Position numbers and translations under genes: made by a program. A stretch of DNA of 64,000 bases from a virus. Shown here piece after piece: positions 1 to 8,848 of this stretch. Numbering within the stretch: the first letter of the stretch is position 1; every line of letters begins with the position of its first letter. The stretch lies in IMG/VR virus record IMGVR_UViG_3300046007_003718, positions 46,396 through 110,395 of that record; one strand, written 5' to 3'. The notes below the pieces were generated by a model. That model was not told the DNA's origin. It worked only from the letters and a program-made list of their open reading frames with translations, and searched no databases.

Positions 1-138
1 GAGTCGCCCGGTGCTGTTCTCCCTGAGCCAGAGGGTGCCCTCCTTCTCGGGCTTGCCGACGTACATGCTCATCCCCCGCCCGGTGACGGTGTTGCCACCG
101 GGGCAGGGAGCAGAGATGAATGAGGTGGCCCCCATCGT

Positions 139-441
139 TTACACCCCCTTCTCGTCGTTGGGAAGGAACATGGCCTCGCGCTTGGCAGCCTTGGCGAACG
201 ACGACCCGCTGATGGAGTACCTGCGGGGCCGGGACGGGGCGGCGATCAGAGCCGCGTGGAACTCGGTCGCCAGCGACTCGGCCTCGTAGGCGCTCGCCAG
301 AGCAACGTCGGCCTCCAACCCCTCGGGCAGAGCGTCGGCCTGCCGGTGGTACTCCTCGGCACGGGCTTCCAGCGCGTCCACGATGAACGCGGCCTCACCG
401 ATGCAGAGGTTACGGATGGAGACTCGGTACGGATTACCCAT
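139..441 (-). CDS. hypothetical early protein (100 aa)
   Basis: Start moved to ATG at 441 after SD AAAGGA; own promoter; stop TAA is part of TAAACG. Confidence 0.7.
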   Translation of the reverse strand: MGNPYRVSIRNLCIGEAAFIVDALEARAEEYHRQADALPEGLEADVALASAYEAESLATEFHAALIAAPSRPRRYSISGSSFAKAAKREAMFLPNDEKGV

Positions 442-470
442 GATGCTGTCCTTTCGGTTGGTGTTGGGGC

Positions 471-520
471 ATTGTAGCACGCCCCTCAGACGGATGCCCT
501 CCCCGTTTATCCGGGGAGGG
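471..520 (-). promoter_or_regulatory. early promoter, extended -10 TGC-TACAAT, preceded by hairpin CCCTCCCCG-GATAAA-CGGGGAGGG
   Basis: Near-duplicate of 950-998; GGGCAT occupies the -35 position at 17 bp. Confidence 0.65.
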
Positions 521-559
521 GAGGCAGGGCAGGGCGGTGGCCCGCCCTGCCCCTGTCGT

Positions 560-913
560 TTAGACCCCCTGCTCGGTGGTCTCCTCGTCCTGCGGCCCCT
601 CCTCGTACTCGCGGGCGGCAGCGAGCAGCACCTCGGCAATCTCGCGGGCCTGCTGGGCGGTGAACTTGGCGTGAACGTATCCCTTCTCCTGCCCCTCGGA
701 GGTTGCCAGCGTCCCCAGCACCATGACCGTCACCTCACCGAACTTTCCGCCAGCGATCTGGTAGTCCTGCCGGTGAGTCGTGAGGGAGTCGTTTCGCTCA
801 TGGGTGAATGAGGTGCCGTCGTTGGTGACGTAGGTGTACGGGCCGACGCCCTCGCCCTGCACCGTGTAGGTGGTGTAGTCGTCGTTCTCGTAGTTGCTGA
901 TGTTGATGCTCAC
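560..913 (-). CDS. hypothetical early protein
   Basis: GTG start after SD GAGGAG; ends in TAAACG. Confidence 0.7.
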   Translation of the reverse strand: MSINISNYENDDYTTYTVQGEGVGPYTYVTNDGTSFTHERNDSLTTHRQDYQIAGGKFGEVTVMVLGTLATSEGQEKGYVHAKFTAQQAREIAEVLLAAAREYEEGPQDEETTEQGV

Positions 914-949
914 GATGAAACTCCTCGGTTCAGTTGCTTGCTGAGGGGA

Positions 950-998
950 AGTGTACCACACCCCTCGGACGGATGCCCTGCCCGTTTATTCGGGGAGG
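950..998 (-). promoter_or_regulatory. early promoter, extended -10 TGG-TACACT with upstream TAAACG hairpin
   Basis: Repeat of the 471-520 element. Confidence 0.65.
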
Positions 999-1046
999 GG
1001 CGAGGGAGGGGGAGGGGAGGTGGCCCCTCCCCCTCCGGGGTGGTGA

Positions 1047-1808
1047 CTAGGCCCCGTGGGGAGCCGTCACCTTGGGCTTGCGGGTCTTGCGGGCGACCAC
1101 CTGCATACGCTCGCCGCAGCAGGGGCAGATCGGCGTGCCAGCCGCTTCCAGCCACTTGGCCGTCATGTTGAGGTTGTAAACGTCCTTGCCCTCACCGCTG
1201 GGGTCGCAGCCACGGGTGCCGTCCTCCTGCGGGGTGCAGCAGGCGACCTTCACCAGACGGGTGGCCTGCGGCTTGTGGACGACGTTCATGCCCTTGTGCG
1301 GGTACTCGCCCAGCGACTCGCGCAGGCGGGCAGTCAGGGCCACGAAACGGTCCCCGGCGTAGGTGGCGGTGGGCTTGCCAGCGAGGCCGATGGTGCGAAT
1401 CATCTCCACGAACGGACCCTTGTGGCCGTTCTTGTTGCCGTCAATGGCGTGGACAATCTCATGGGCGAGAACGTCCAGCACACCCGGCTCGCGCTCGTCG
1501 TTGCCCAGCGTGTCCTTGCGGCCCGTCTTGGGGCCGATAGCGTGGGCAAGGGCGGGCGACACGGTGATGTGCCGCACGTTGCCCTCGGGCGAGGAAGTCT
1601 CATGGTAGGCCATGCCGACCACGGAACCCTTGCCGCTCTTACCCAGCCACGCCCGCTTGTGCGAAAAGGACAGGTGCGGGGCGACGGTGTAGCCCTCGGG
1701 CATCGGGAAGCCAGCCTCGGCCAGAATGGTGAGCAGGCCGTCAGTTGCGGCGGCGATGTAGGACTCAGGCGTGTCGTGGACCTGAGCGTGAATCGGTGAG
1801 TAACCCAT
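1047..1808 (-). CDS. SprT-like zinc metalloprotease with C-terminal Zn ribbon
   Basis: LAHEIVH (HExxH) followed by GHKGPF; C-terminal CC...CPCC. Confidence 0.7.
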   Translation of the reverse strand: MGYSPIHAQVHDTPESYIAAATDGLLTILAEAGFPMPEGYTVAPHLSFSHKRAWLGKSGKGSVVGMAYHETSSPEGNVRHITVSPALAHAIGPKTGRKDTLGNDEREPGVLDVLAHEIVHAIDGNKNGHKGPFVEMIRTIGLAGKPTATYAGDRFVALTARLRESLGEYPHKGMNVVHKPQATRLVKVACCTPQEDGTRGCDPSGEGKDVYNLNMTAKWLEAAGTPICPCCGERMQVVARKTRKPKVTAPHGA

Positions 1809-1841
1809 GATGCTGTCTCCTTGGTTGGTTGCTGTACGGGG

Positions 1842-1870
1842 ATTAAACCAGATGGTGTGAGCCGTGTCAA
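1842..1870 (-). promoter_or_regulatory. sigma70-type promoter TTGACA-17-TTTAAT
   Basis: Consensus -35, 17-bp spacer, TGG extension, upstream of SD AAGGAG. Confidence 0.8.
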
Positions 1871-1908
1871 GTGCCCGGTGTGGGCGGCTCGTTTATCCCT
1901 GCCCCGGC

Positions 1909-1972
1909 AGTATGACAGATGCTCCGGGGGAATACAAGCCCTCCCCGAATCCTCGCTCGGGGAGGGCGTTTA
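1909..1972 (-). promoter_or_regulatory. promoter TTGTAT-17-CATACT preceded by 11-bp hairpin and TAAACG
   Basis: Read directly. Confidence 0.55.
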
Positions 1973-1978
1973 GATGCC

Positions 1979-2218
1979 CTAGAGGTCGGCCTCGTACTCA
2001 TCGGCCAGCCGGTCCAGCGTGTAGGCCTGATACTCGGCCTCCCGGTGGGTCTCCATCCACTCACGCTCGCGCTTGGGGTCGTAAGCGAACCCATCCTCAT
2101 CCCCGAATCCTGCGGCGATATGCAAGGCATCAGCGGCCTTCTCACGCAGAGCCTCGGCTCCTGCCCTCAGAACCTCCACCCTCTCCTGCTGAATCATCCG
2201 GCTTGTTGCAACACCCAT
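1979..2218 (-). CDS. hypothetical early protein (79 aa)
   Basis: ATG at 2218 after SD GGGAG. Confidence 0.65.
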   Translation of the reverse strand: MGVATSRMIQQERVEVLRAGAEALREKAADALHIAAGFGDEDGFAYDPKREREWMETHREAEYQAYTLDRLADEYEADL

Positions 2219-2245
2219 CGTTGTCTCCCTGTTCGTTGTTGGGGG

Positions 2246-2286
2246 ACCGTAGCACAGATTGGGGAGAGGGCACAAGGCCCCGTTTA
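2246..2286 (-). promoter_or_regulatory. TAAACG-N5-TTGTGC-18-TACGGT promoter
   Basis: Member of the repeated promoter family. Confidence 0.65.
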
Positions 2287-2469
2287 TCCTTCCACCCACG
2301 ACCACACCTCGGGGTCGGTAGGATGCTGCTCGGGGAGGGTGGCAAGGCGCGGCCATGCAGTCATGCCTTCCTGCTCCATGATGGTGAAGGCCGCGTTTAC
2401 ACGGGCGGTGATGTTGGTGAACTGCCCCTCACGGAGCCACTCCATGTACCGCTGCTCATCGCTCAACAT
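2284..2469 (-). CDS. hypothetical protein
   Basis: ORF ending in TAAACG. Confidence 0.55.
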   Translation of the reverse strand: MLSDEQRYMEWLREGQFTNITARVNAAFTIMEQEGMTAWPRLATLPEQHPTDPEVWSWVEG

Positions 2470-2635
2470 GACCAAGCCCCCTAGTAAGAATCCACGCATC
2501 CAGAGCATCCTGAACAAACGATGTGATGCGCTCCTGCACCGTATCAAAGTCCACGGTGCCCTCCTGCTTGTCCCACTCAGCGGCGTCCAGCGAAACCTGA
2601 ACGGAGATTGGCAGAGAGATGTTGCCGCTTACCAT
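2456..2635 (-). CDS. hypothetical protein (59 aa, not in ORF track)
   Basis: Hand translation MVSGNISLP...; SD GGAGG. Confidence 0.55.
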   Translation of the reverse strand: MVSGNISLPISVQVSLDAAEWDKQEGTVDFDTVQERITSFVQDALDAWILTRGLGHVER

Positions 2636-2796
2636 GACACTTCCTCCTTGTGCTTACGCTTGCGCGTGTAACGGATGTTTACACGCTCGGGCGCATCCTT
2701 GCGCGAGCGCCTGACCTCAATGCGAACCCGCTGGCGCATACGACGCGCACGCTTAGGCTCAACGAACTTCTCCTCGTCCCGCTCTTGCTCGTACAT
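2629..2796 (-). CDS. small Arg/Lys-rich protein (55 aa, not in ORF track)
   Basis: Hand translation MYEQERDEEKFVEPKRARRMRQR...; SD AGGAG. Confidence 0.6.
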   Translation of the reverse strand: MYEQERDEEKFVEPKRARRMRQRVRIEVRRSRKDAPERVNIRYTRKRKHKEEVSW

Positions 2797-2859
2797 GGTA
2801 TCTCCTAATAGTTATCTATCTAACTAATGAATATCTATCTAACTGCTTGCTGCTCAGAC

Positions 2860-2898
2860 AGCATACCATCTCAGATGAGAGATGCAAGGCCTCGTTTA
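2860..2898 (-). promoter_or_regulatory. TAAACG-N5-TTGCAT-16-TATGCT promoter
   Basis: Repeated promoter family. Confidence 0.75.
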
Positions 2899-3225
2899 TT
2901 CGCCCTCAATCTCCATACCAATCGTGAATCCTAGGCTAGCACCAGACTTGGTGTTGTAAACGCCGTCAGGCACCCATCCGCTAACATCGTAGAACGACTC
3001 CAACACAGTCCCCTTCACGGATTCTAGCGAACGGTGAAGGGTAAACCACACTTCACTCTCATGCACCTTGCGCTCAACTAGAAGCCACGGACGCTCCTGC
3101 TGCCCAGCAACCTCCAACCGAACATTGTCTGGGTCAATGTGGAAATCCTGATCGTAGTCCTCTAGGATTTCCACAATCACCTTATTGGTGATCTGAACAT
3201 CGTCAGGGATGCAACTAACACTCAT
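2896..3225 (-). CDS. hypothetical protein
   Basis: ORF track; flanked by TAAACG at both ends. Confidence 0.65.
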   Translation of the reverse strand: MSVSCIPDDVQITNKVIVEILEDYDQDFHIDPDNVRLEVAGQQERPWLLVERKVHESEVWFTLHRSLESVKGTVLESFYDVSGWVPDGVYNTKSGASLGFTIGMEIEGE

Positions 3226-3228
3226 CGT

Positions 3229-3504
3229 TTAATCCTCCTGTATGATTTCGGCAATATAACCTGCATAGCAGTTAAACTTCTCCTCATCGTTGGCTGATGA
3301 AGGAACCTCAACATAACCATCGTGAACCCAAACATCATGCCCATCTATGCAACCGGGCTGACCGTCAAAGAGCATACGGCAGACCTGATGTGAAGTGCTG
3401 CCGTCGTCGTAGAACTGCCACCAATCATCAGAGCCAAAGCGGAGGCGATGAAGGGTCACAGTCTCCTGCTCGTACTTCTGGGGAGGCATGATTAAACGCC
3501 CCAC
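3229..3504 (-). CDS. hypothetical protein
   Basis: ORF track; ends TAAACG-ATG. Confidence 0.6.
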   Translation of the reverse strand: MGRLIMPPQKYEQETVTLHRLRFGSDDWWQFYDDGSTSHQVCRMLFDGQPGCIDGHDVWVHDGYVEVPSSANDEEKFNCYAGYIAEIIQED

Positions 3505-3869
3505 TCAGAAAGGTTGCCATTGGCACGCTCAGGGACTCGGACACGGTACTCGGGGTAATAGACCTCACCGTTGGTGGTGTCCACGATAGCAACCACTACC
3601 CACACACCCTGTGCGTCAGCGTCCACCACAGAGTCGTAGATAGAGGTGTCGGCGTACTCGGCAGCCTCGTCCCACTCATCCTTGCCGTCGTAGAGAACAT
3701 CGAAGTCCCCGCCCTTGACGACAGCGATGAAGCGGTACAGGTTGCCGTCAGAATCCCAGAATCCCGACTGCGGGGAGCCATGACGGGGAGTTCCCCACGC
3801 ACTCTGAATCCTGTCCATCATCTCCTCAGCCTGCTCGCGCTGCTCAATCTCTGCATCGGTAATGCTCAT
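3492..3869 (-). CDS. hypothetical acidic protein
   Basis: Start at 3869 after SD AAGGAG. Confidence 0.65.
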   Translation of the reverse strand: MSITDAEIEQREQAEEMMDRIQSAWGTPRHGSPQSGFWDSDGNLYRFIAVVKGGDFDVLYDGKDEWDEAAEYADTSIYDSVVDADAQGVWVVVAIVDTTNGEVYYPEYRVRVPERANGNLSEWGV

Positions 3870-3901
3870 CAGAATCTCCTTTAGTTTGTTGCTGCTTAGA
3901 C

Positions 3902-3940
3902 AGCATAGCACCTCAGACCTAAGATGCAAGTGCCCGTTTA
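3902..3940 (-). promoter_or_regulatory. TAAACG-N5-TTGCAT-16-TATGCT promoter
   Basis: Repeated promoter family. Confidence 0.75.
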
Positions 3941-4177
3941 TTCGTCGTAGTAGTCGAAACTGTCTGAGACCGGACCTTCCTGCTGTAGCAGGGAGAACAC
4001 TTCCCACGCCTCGTCCTCGTCCTCTATGTAGAAAGAAACGTCCCGTAGTCCAAAGCCAGCACCAGAATCGAACTGATAACCCTTAGACTCTCGGATGCCC
4101 TCAAAGAAGTCCTGCAACTCGTTTAGACGCTCAATGGGATATGAAGCAGAAACAACAAACATTATCCCTCCCTCCAC
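3938..4177 (-). CDS. hypothetical protein
   Basis: ORF track. Confidence 0.6.
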   Translation of the reverse strand: MEGGIMFVVSASYPIERLNELQDFFEGIRESKGYQFDSGAGFGLRDVSFYIEDEDEAWEVFSLLQQEGPVSDSFDYYDE

Positions 4178-4497
4178 TCAGGCCCCTCGTCCAGAATGTC
4201 CATAACCTGAACATCTCCGGGCTGGCAATCAATAAGGTCATGCCAAGCCCAACGGTCGGGGCAATCATCTGAGGCATCGGTTGTGATGCGAAGGGTGATG
4301 GTGTAAACGCGCATCTCTCTCACGTTCAGAACGTAAGCAGGAAACCTCTCACCACAGTCGTAGCACTTGTAGCCACAGACCAGAACCTCACGGTCATGCT
4401 CATCAATCTCAACATCATGCCCAGACTGCGAGGTGACGTTCTCAGACTGACAGTTTACACAACACTCGGGATTATCAACAAAGTTTACGGCACTCAT
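4162..4497 (-). CDS. zinc-ribbon protein
   Basis: CVNC...CYDC. Confidence 0.6.
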   Translation of the reverse strand: MSAVNFVDNPECCVNCQSENVTSQSGHDVEIDEHDREVLVCGYKCYDCGERFPAYVLNVREMRVYTITLRITTDASDDCPDRWAWHDLIDCQPGDVQVMDILDEGPEWREG

Positions 4498-4500
4498 CGT

Positions 4501-4680
4501 TTAACCATCCTGTCGGGGAGTGATGTACCCAGCCTCAATCAGAGCCGCAGCCATGCGACCGTAAGAGCCTTGCAGGCTCCATGCCATACCTGTATCCACA
4601 AGGTACTGAAAGAGGTCAATGATACCCTCCTCATCCAACTCACCCTGCTCATACTCCATAATCGAACTAACGTAATCCAT
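4501..4680 (-). CDS. small phage protein (59 aa, not in ORF track)
   Basis: Hand translation contains [19 protein letters not shown], a motif I recall from small phage proteins; SD GGAG; ends TAAACG. Confidence 0.7.
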   Translation of the reverse strand: MDYVSSIMEYEQGELDEEGIIDLFQYLVDTGMAWSLQGSYGRMAAALIEAGYITPRQDG

Positions 4681-4798
4681 TTCTATCTCCTTACCTAGTC
4701 AGAGAAAACGTAAGACCGGCCACTACCCACACGGCCAGAACGCCAACTGCGATTACAATAAAAGTTTCCATCTTGCCCTCCTCGTTGCTTGCCTTGTA

Positions 4799-4838
4799 AG
4801 CATAGGGAATATATCTCACTAATGCAACTATTCGTTTA
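4799..4838 (-). promoter_or_regulatory. TAAACG-N5-TTGCAT-17-TATGCT promoter
   Basis: Repeated promoter family. Confidence 0.8.
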
Positions 4839-4844
4839 TTCAGC

Positions 4845-5060
4845 CTACCACTCAAAGCGAGCGGAAAGAACCTTGTGGTCTGGGAACAAACACCTAACCT
4901 GCTCCATCGCTCGGTCCACCATCTCTGTGATGATTTCACTATCCTCAAGGTTTCCCCAAACATAGTCTAGCGTGTCCTCGTTCTGCTCGGTCAGGCTTGC
5001 CTCATAGGTAAAGTTATCGGCAATACCATTCTCACTAACCATCTCAACGGTAACAAACAT
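4845..5060 (-). CDS. hypothetical protein
   Basis: ORF track. Confidence 0.6.
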   Translation of the reverse strand: MFVTVEMVSENGIADNFTYEASLTEQNEDTLDYVWGNLEDSEIITEMVDRAMEQVRCLFPDHKVLSARFEW

Positions 5061-5417
5061 TTAGATGCGCTCCTCGCTCATTGTGTCCTGTCGGATGTTC
5101 TCCATCTCCTGTTCGTTGAGCCATGCGTAAGCCTCGGCACGACTCTCCTCGTCAGCCGCAGCCTGTCGCAGAATCTCGTTCCACTCCTCGGGGTCGGTGA
5201 CATAGGACTCAGCATCAATCTCGTCCCGACGACGCCGATACTCCTCCTCAATCTGAGCCTCAATGATGCCCTGTCGGTACTCAACCCAGAGAGTCAGAGC
5301 CTCATCAAGAATGACGAACTGCTCAATGGTGAGGTCTCCGTTTACAGTCAGGTCGTCCAGACGGTGATAGAGAGCCGTAGCCTTGTCCTGCATAATCATA
5401 ACATCGTCCTGCATCAT
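5061..5417 (-). CDS. hypothetical acidic helical protein
   Basis: SD AAGGAG, own promoter. Confidence 0.7.
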   Translation of the reverse strand: MMQDDVMIMQDKATALYHRLDDLTVNGDLTIEQFVILDEALTLWVEYRQGIIEAQIEEEYRRRRDEIDAESYVTDPEEWNEILRQAAADEESRAEAYAWLNEQEMENIRQDTMSEERI

Positions 5418-5447
5418 TGGTCTATCTCCTTTCGTGCTTGCTCGTCA

Positions 5448-5487
5448 AGCATACAGGTTAATAGGAAAAAGTGCAACCCCTCGTTTA
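5448..5487 (-). promoter_or_regulatory. TAAACG-N5-TTGCAC-17-TATGCT promoter
   Basis: Repeated promoter family. Confidence 0.8.
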
Positions 5488-5856
5488 TTCAGCGTAGAAG
5501 GGGTCGGGGCACCAATGCGAAGCAATCTCCATCTCTCGCTTCCACGAACGCTCCTCCTCCACACACTCGGAGAATCGCTCAATAATGATAGAACCGATGC
5601 CCTCCAACTCCTTGCGGTCTGTATCAATCTGGTTCATCGTGCAGTACGAAGCATCCTCAGCATAATCCCAATCACCATCAGGCTCCTTGGTCAGCACAGA
5701 GAAGCGAAGCAGAGGCTCGTCGGTAGGGTCGGTAGGGTCGAAGTCCCCATACCATCCCTCGCCAATGTAGTCCCACTCAACCTTCACAGTCTGGTCGTCG
5801 TTCGTAACCTCTAGTGGAATAAACGACTCAATCTCAGTTGTCCAATCCTTACTCAT
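5485..5856 (-). CDS. hypothetical acidic protein
   Basis: SD GGAGG; ends TAAACG. Confidence 0.7.
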   Translation of the reverse strand: MSKDWTTEIESFIPLEVTNDDQTVKVEWDYIGEGWYGDFDPTDPTDEPLLRFSVLTKEPDGDWDYAEDASYCTMNQIDTDRKELEGIGSIIIERFSECVEEERSWKREMEIASHWCPDPFYAE

Positions 5857-6198
5857 CTTTCCTCCTAGCGTCCGTAGTAGTCTGGGTGATTCATACGATA
5901 CTTAGCCTCCTGCTTCATGGCTGCGATACACTCATTATCGCAGCGAGCAGGCAAACCAAGCGTTACCACGTTATACAGCATAACACTTCCAATCACAGAA
6001 AGCGAAGCGTAAAGAATAACCTTCCACATCATCGGTTTCTCCATTCAGTATAAACGCCCACAACTTCATTGTAGATATCGAACGGCTCATCTAGAGTGTG
6101 GCCTGCATCGTCCCGATAGCCACAGTCGTCGTTAGAACCAACATCGCATGAAAGATAGCACGCAAGACCTTGGAAATAGTAGTCAGGCTCTAGCATGT

Positions 6199-6408
6199 TT
6201 ATTCTCCATCCTCGGGGTAGCCAGCCTGTGAGCGCAGGCTATCAATGAGTGACTGAATAAACTCAACATTCTGCTCGTCAGCATCCTCGTAAGATGAGGA
6301 GTCACGAATCTCCTCAACATTCTGCCAGAGAGACCAAAGAATGTAGTCCAAGTCCTCAATCGGCAGAGTCACGTTTACATCTCGGTTCCAAAAGTCGTTG
6401 GTAGTCAT
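6199..6408 (-). CDS. hypothetical protein
   Basis: ORF track. Confidence 0.6.
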   Translation of the reverse strand: MTTNDFWNRDVNVTLPIEDLDYILWSLWQNVEEIRDSSSYEDADEQNVEFIQSLIDSLRSQAGYPEDGE

Positions 6409-6626
6409 TACATAACCTCCGGTGTAGGAATGTGCAGTCGAAGTCCACCAGCCTCGTAATCGTTCAGAGCATAGTGGATAGCATCAGGCAGGGTAGCAAT
6501 CATAGTCTCTACCTCCCCACCGTCGCCGGGACCACCATGATACCAGATATCCCAGCACCTATCATCCATCGCGGGATAAATGTCGTACACGAAGCCCTCG
6601 CCGTAGATACGATCAATAGTCCTCAT
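6408..6626 (-). CDS. hypothetical protein
   Basis: Start trimmed to MRTIDR. Confidence 0.55.
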   Translation of the reverse strand: MRTIDRIYGEGFVYDIYPAMDDRCWDIWYHGGPGDGGEVETMIATLPDAIHYALNDYEAGGLRLHIPTPEVM

Positions 6627-6936
6627 CGTCGTCCTCGTCCATCTCAAAGTCGAACTCCACGATGAGGCGAGCGACACGACCATCGTTGTCGTACTCAACG
6701 AACACCGGATAAACGCCGTCACCCCAGCCGGTGCTGGTGCAGACCGCATCAGAAAAACGACCCTGAGTAGAGAACTGCCCCGCCCGCTCGTCGCTCAGGC
6801 TAGCCGCACAAGCGCGACCATATGGGGAATCCTCACCGTACTCGCCGTCAAGGACGTAGCAGGGGTCCACAACGAACACCTGACCAGAATCAACGGGAAC
6901 CTGTCCCACCTTCACGCGCATACCAGACCTACTCAT
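6613..6936 (-). CDS. DUF4241-like protein
   Basis: VDSGQ...DPCY...GWGDGVYPV motifs. Confidence 0.6.
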   Translation of the reverse strand: MSRSGMRVKVGQVPVDSGQVFVVDPCYVLDGEYGEDSPYGRACAASLSDERAGQFSTQGRFSDAVCTSTGWGDGVYPVFVEYDNDGRVARLIVEFDFEMDEDDDEDY

Positions 6937-6964
6937 TACTGCCTCCTTTGTTGCTTGCTCGTCA

Positions 6965-7005
6965 AGTGTAGCAGATCAAGTCTGCCGATTGCAACTACTC
7001 GTTTA
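6965..7005 (-). promoter_or_regulatory. TAAACG-N5-TTGCAA-18-TACACT promoter
   Basis: Repeated promoter family. Confidence 0.75.
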
Positions 7006-7194
7006 GATGCGGGTACGCTTGCTGCGCTGATTGACCCTCATCAGAATCTCGTAAACCTCAGCCTCATTCACCGCCTCATGCAGAGAATCAAACTCAGCAT
7101 CCGTGAACTCGCTCTCATCAATCACGATAAGATCATCCTCGTCGCATCCACCCCAACTGCCGTCAGCGGCGCTCATCCAGATCACACGACCCAT
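7003..7194 (-). CDS. hypothetical protein
   Basis: ORF track; ends TAAACG. Confidence 0.6.
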   Translation of the reverse strand: MGRVIWMSAADGSWGGCDEDDLIVIDESEFTDAEFDSLHEAVNEAEVYEILMRVNQRSKRTRI

Positions 7195-7196
7195 GA

Positions 7197-7454
7197 CTAG
7201 GCCTCCCGAATGATCGTAGAGATATACTCAGCGAGCATACCACGCTCATCAGAGTCGTCAGGAAGGGGAATAACGATGCTGCCCACATTGGTCTTAGTGC
7301 CGTGGGCAGTCGTGGACTCAATCAGGATGTTTATACGACCACCCGGCTTGGCAAAGATGCCGACCTCGTAAGTGCGAGCGTAATCCTTTCCTGCATCACG
7401 CTCCACCTTGTAGATATAGGCCACACCGTTTACATCGTTATTGGTACCAATCAT
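7197..7454 (-). CDS. hypothetical protein
   Basis: ORF track. Confidence 0.6.
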   Translation of the reverse strand: MIGTNNDVNGVAYIYKVERDAGKDYARTYEVGIFAKPGGRINILIESTTAHGTKTNVGSIVIPLPDDSDERGMLAEYISTIIREA

Positions 7455-7455
7455 A

Positions 7456-7884
7456 TTATGCCTTCCTTTCGTAAGAATCGTACTTTTCGTTTAGAATCGG
7501 TCGAAACTTCTGCTCAACAAGCGCCTGAGCAGTTTCATACACTTCCTGAGCAAATGCGTTTGTCCACGCCCCGGTCATATCAAAAGAGTCAGGGAGATAA
7601 GTGTCGAACAACTCATCCACCAACTCGCAGGGAGAGGGCCAATAAACGCTGTCCACGTTCTTATCCCAATACTCCCATGCGATGTTAGCGAATACCTTGC
7701 CCACATACTCTGCATTGTTATTGGAATAAATGACCACACCATAGATGCTCCCATCGAAGGGGTCCACATACGGAGTAAAGGTGATGCCTGCATCGTACTC
7801 CACGGTCTCCTGAAAAGTCTCGCGGAAGTCTTGCAGCACAGCCTTGCTAACAGAACCATAGGACTCACACATTAGGCATCCCAC
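7456..7884 (-). CDS. hypothetical protein
   Basis: ORF track. Confidence 0.65.
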   Translation of the reverse strand: MGCLMCESYGSVSKAVLQDFRETFQETVEYDAGITFTPYVDPFDGSIYGVVIYSNNNAEYVGKVFANIAWEYWDKNVDSVYWPSPCELVDELFDTYLPDSFDMTGAWTNAFAQEVYETAQALVEQKFRPILNEKYDSYERKA

Positions 7885-8027
7885 CCACTCACGCGGGCCT
7901 GCTGCTTGGCCTTACGGCGCTGGGTCTTGCGACTCTGGATGCCATGCGTCTGAGAGTGCATGATAGCGAACCGCTGGCCGGTCGTGCTGGTGTCCTGCCG
8001 GAACTTCTTTCGCTGCTTGTTGGTCAC
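7872..8027 (-). CDS. small basic protein
   Basis: GTG start after SD AAGGAG. Confidence 0.55.
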   Translation of the reverse strand: MTNKQRKKFRQDTSTTGQRFAIMHSQTHGIQSRKTQRRKAKQQARVSGWDA

Positions 8028-8055
8028 GATCATCTCCTTTGCTTGATGCTCTAGC

Positions 8056-8095
8056 ATCATACAGTATGGAATCCAAAAGTGCAACTGCTCGTTTA
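8056..8095 (-). promoter_or_regulatory. TAAACG-N5-TTGCAC-17-TATGAT promoter
   Basis: Repeated promoter family. Confidence 0.8.
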
Positions 8096-8302
8096 TTTGC
8101 CTTCCTCTAGGGCAATCAGAGCATTGACAATCTTGCGGGCCTTCTCCTCTGCTTGCTTCATGTAAACGCTACGGTCGCCCTTCACATCCTTACGGACAAC
8201 GATGATACAGACCTCTCCACCCTCCTCATCCATGACCTCAATATGGTCTGCATGAGGAAGGGCAAAGTCGGGTTCCTCGTTCCAATACCAAGCATACATC
8301 AT
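8093..8302 (-). CDS. hypothetical protein
   Basis: ORF track; ends TAAACG. Confidence 0.6.
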   Translation of the reverse strand: MMYAWYWNEEPDFALPHADHIEVMDEEGGEVCIIVVRKDVKGDRSVYMKQAEEKARKIVNALIALEEGK

Positions 8303-8311
8303 CTAAATCAC

Positions 8312-8779
8312 CTATCCGTAGATGAGCCGACCGAACACAGCAATCTGAACCAGAACATCGGCGCAGTCTGCGTCAAGATAGCCGGGGTCGTTCTCACGAA
8401 GGGCACGCTGAATGTAGCCGGTGATGCTGGTGTTAGCAGGAGGCTCCTCCTGAACAAAGGTCTGGAAAGCCTTAGTCAGATTCTCAGCATTGACCGTATA
8501 AATAGGGGATTCGGTCTCAGCCACATCCTCATTCTCGCGGAGAGTAACCTCGTACCACAGTTCATCAAGAATGTCTCCACTCTCAGGCTTAGTTACCTTA
8601 ATGTTTAGAGCGTCAGCCCAATAGAAGGAAGCGCCATAGGAACCATCAAAAGCCCCGACAAGCACAGCGTCCACCATATGCGCGGTAATAGGAAGGGTCG
8701 TCGTGACCACACCAACCACCGTGGACTTGTCGTACTTCTCCTCTAGAGCCTTAAGACTCTCCGATACATAGTCACTCAT
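8312..8779 (-). CDS. hypothetical phage protein
   Basis: SD AAGGAG; C-terminal DADCADVLVQIAVFGRLIYG. Confidence 0.7.
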   Translation of the reverse strand: MSDYVSESLKALEEKYDKSTVVGVVTTTLPITAHMVDAVLVGAFDGSYGASFYWADALNIKVTKPESGDILDELWYEVTLRENEDVAETESPIYTVNAENLTKAFQTFVQEEPPANTSITGYIQRALRENDPGYLDADCADVLVQIAVFGRLIYG

Positions 8780-8808
8780 ATTGCTCCTTTCGTTTTCCAT
8801 CTGAATAG

Positions 8809-8848
8809 ATGGTATCAGATCAACCAACCAACTGCAACTACTCGTTTA
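8809..8848 (-). promoter_or_regulatory. TAAACG-N5-TTGCAG-17-TACCAT promoter
   Basis: Repeated promoter family. Confidence 0.75.

Noticed and set aside
1853-1871. L5-type stoperator (GGTGGMTGTCAAG)
   Set aside because: Only TGTCAAG matches, which is the reverse complement of the -35 box
136-8848. TAAACG junctions as integron attC sites or a CRISPR array
   Set aside because: No paired R''/R' boxes with an attC-type hairpin, no integrase in the window, only a 6-nt repeat, and the intervening DNA is whole genes
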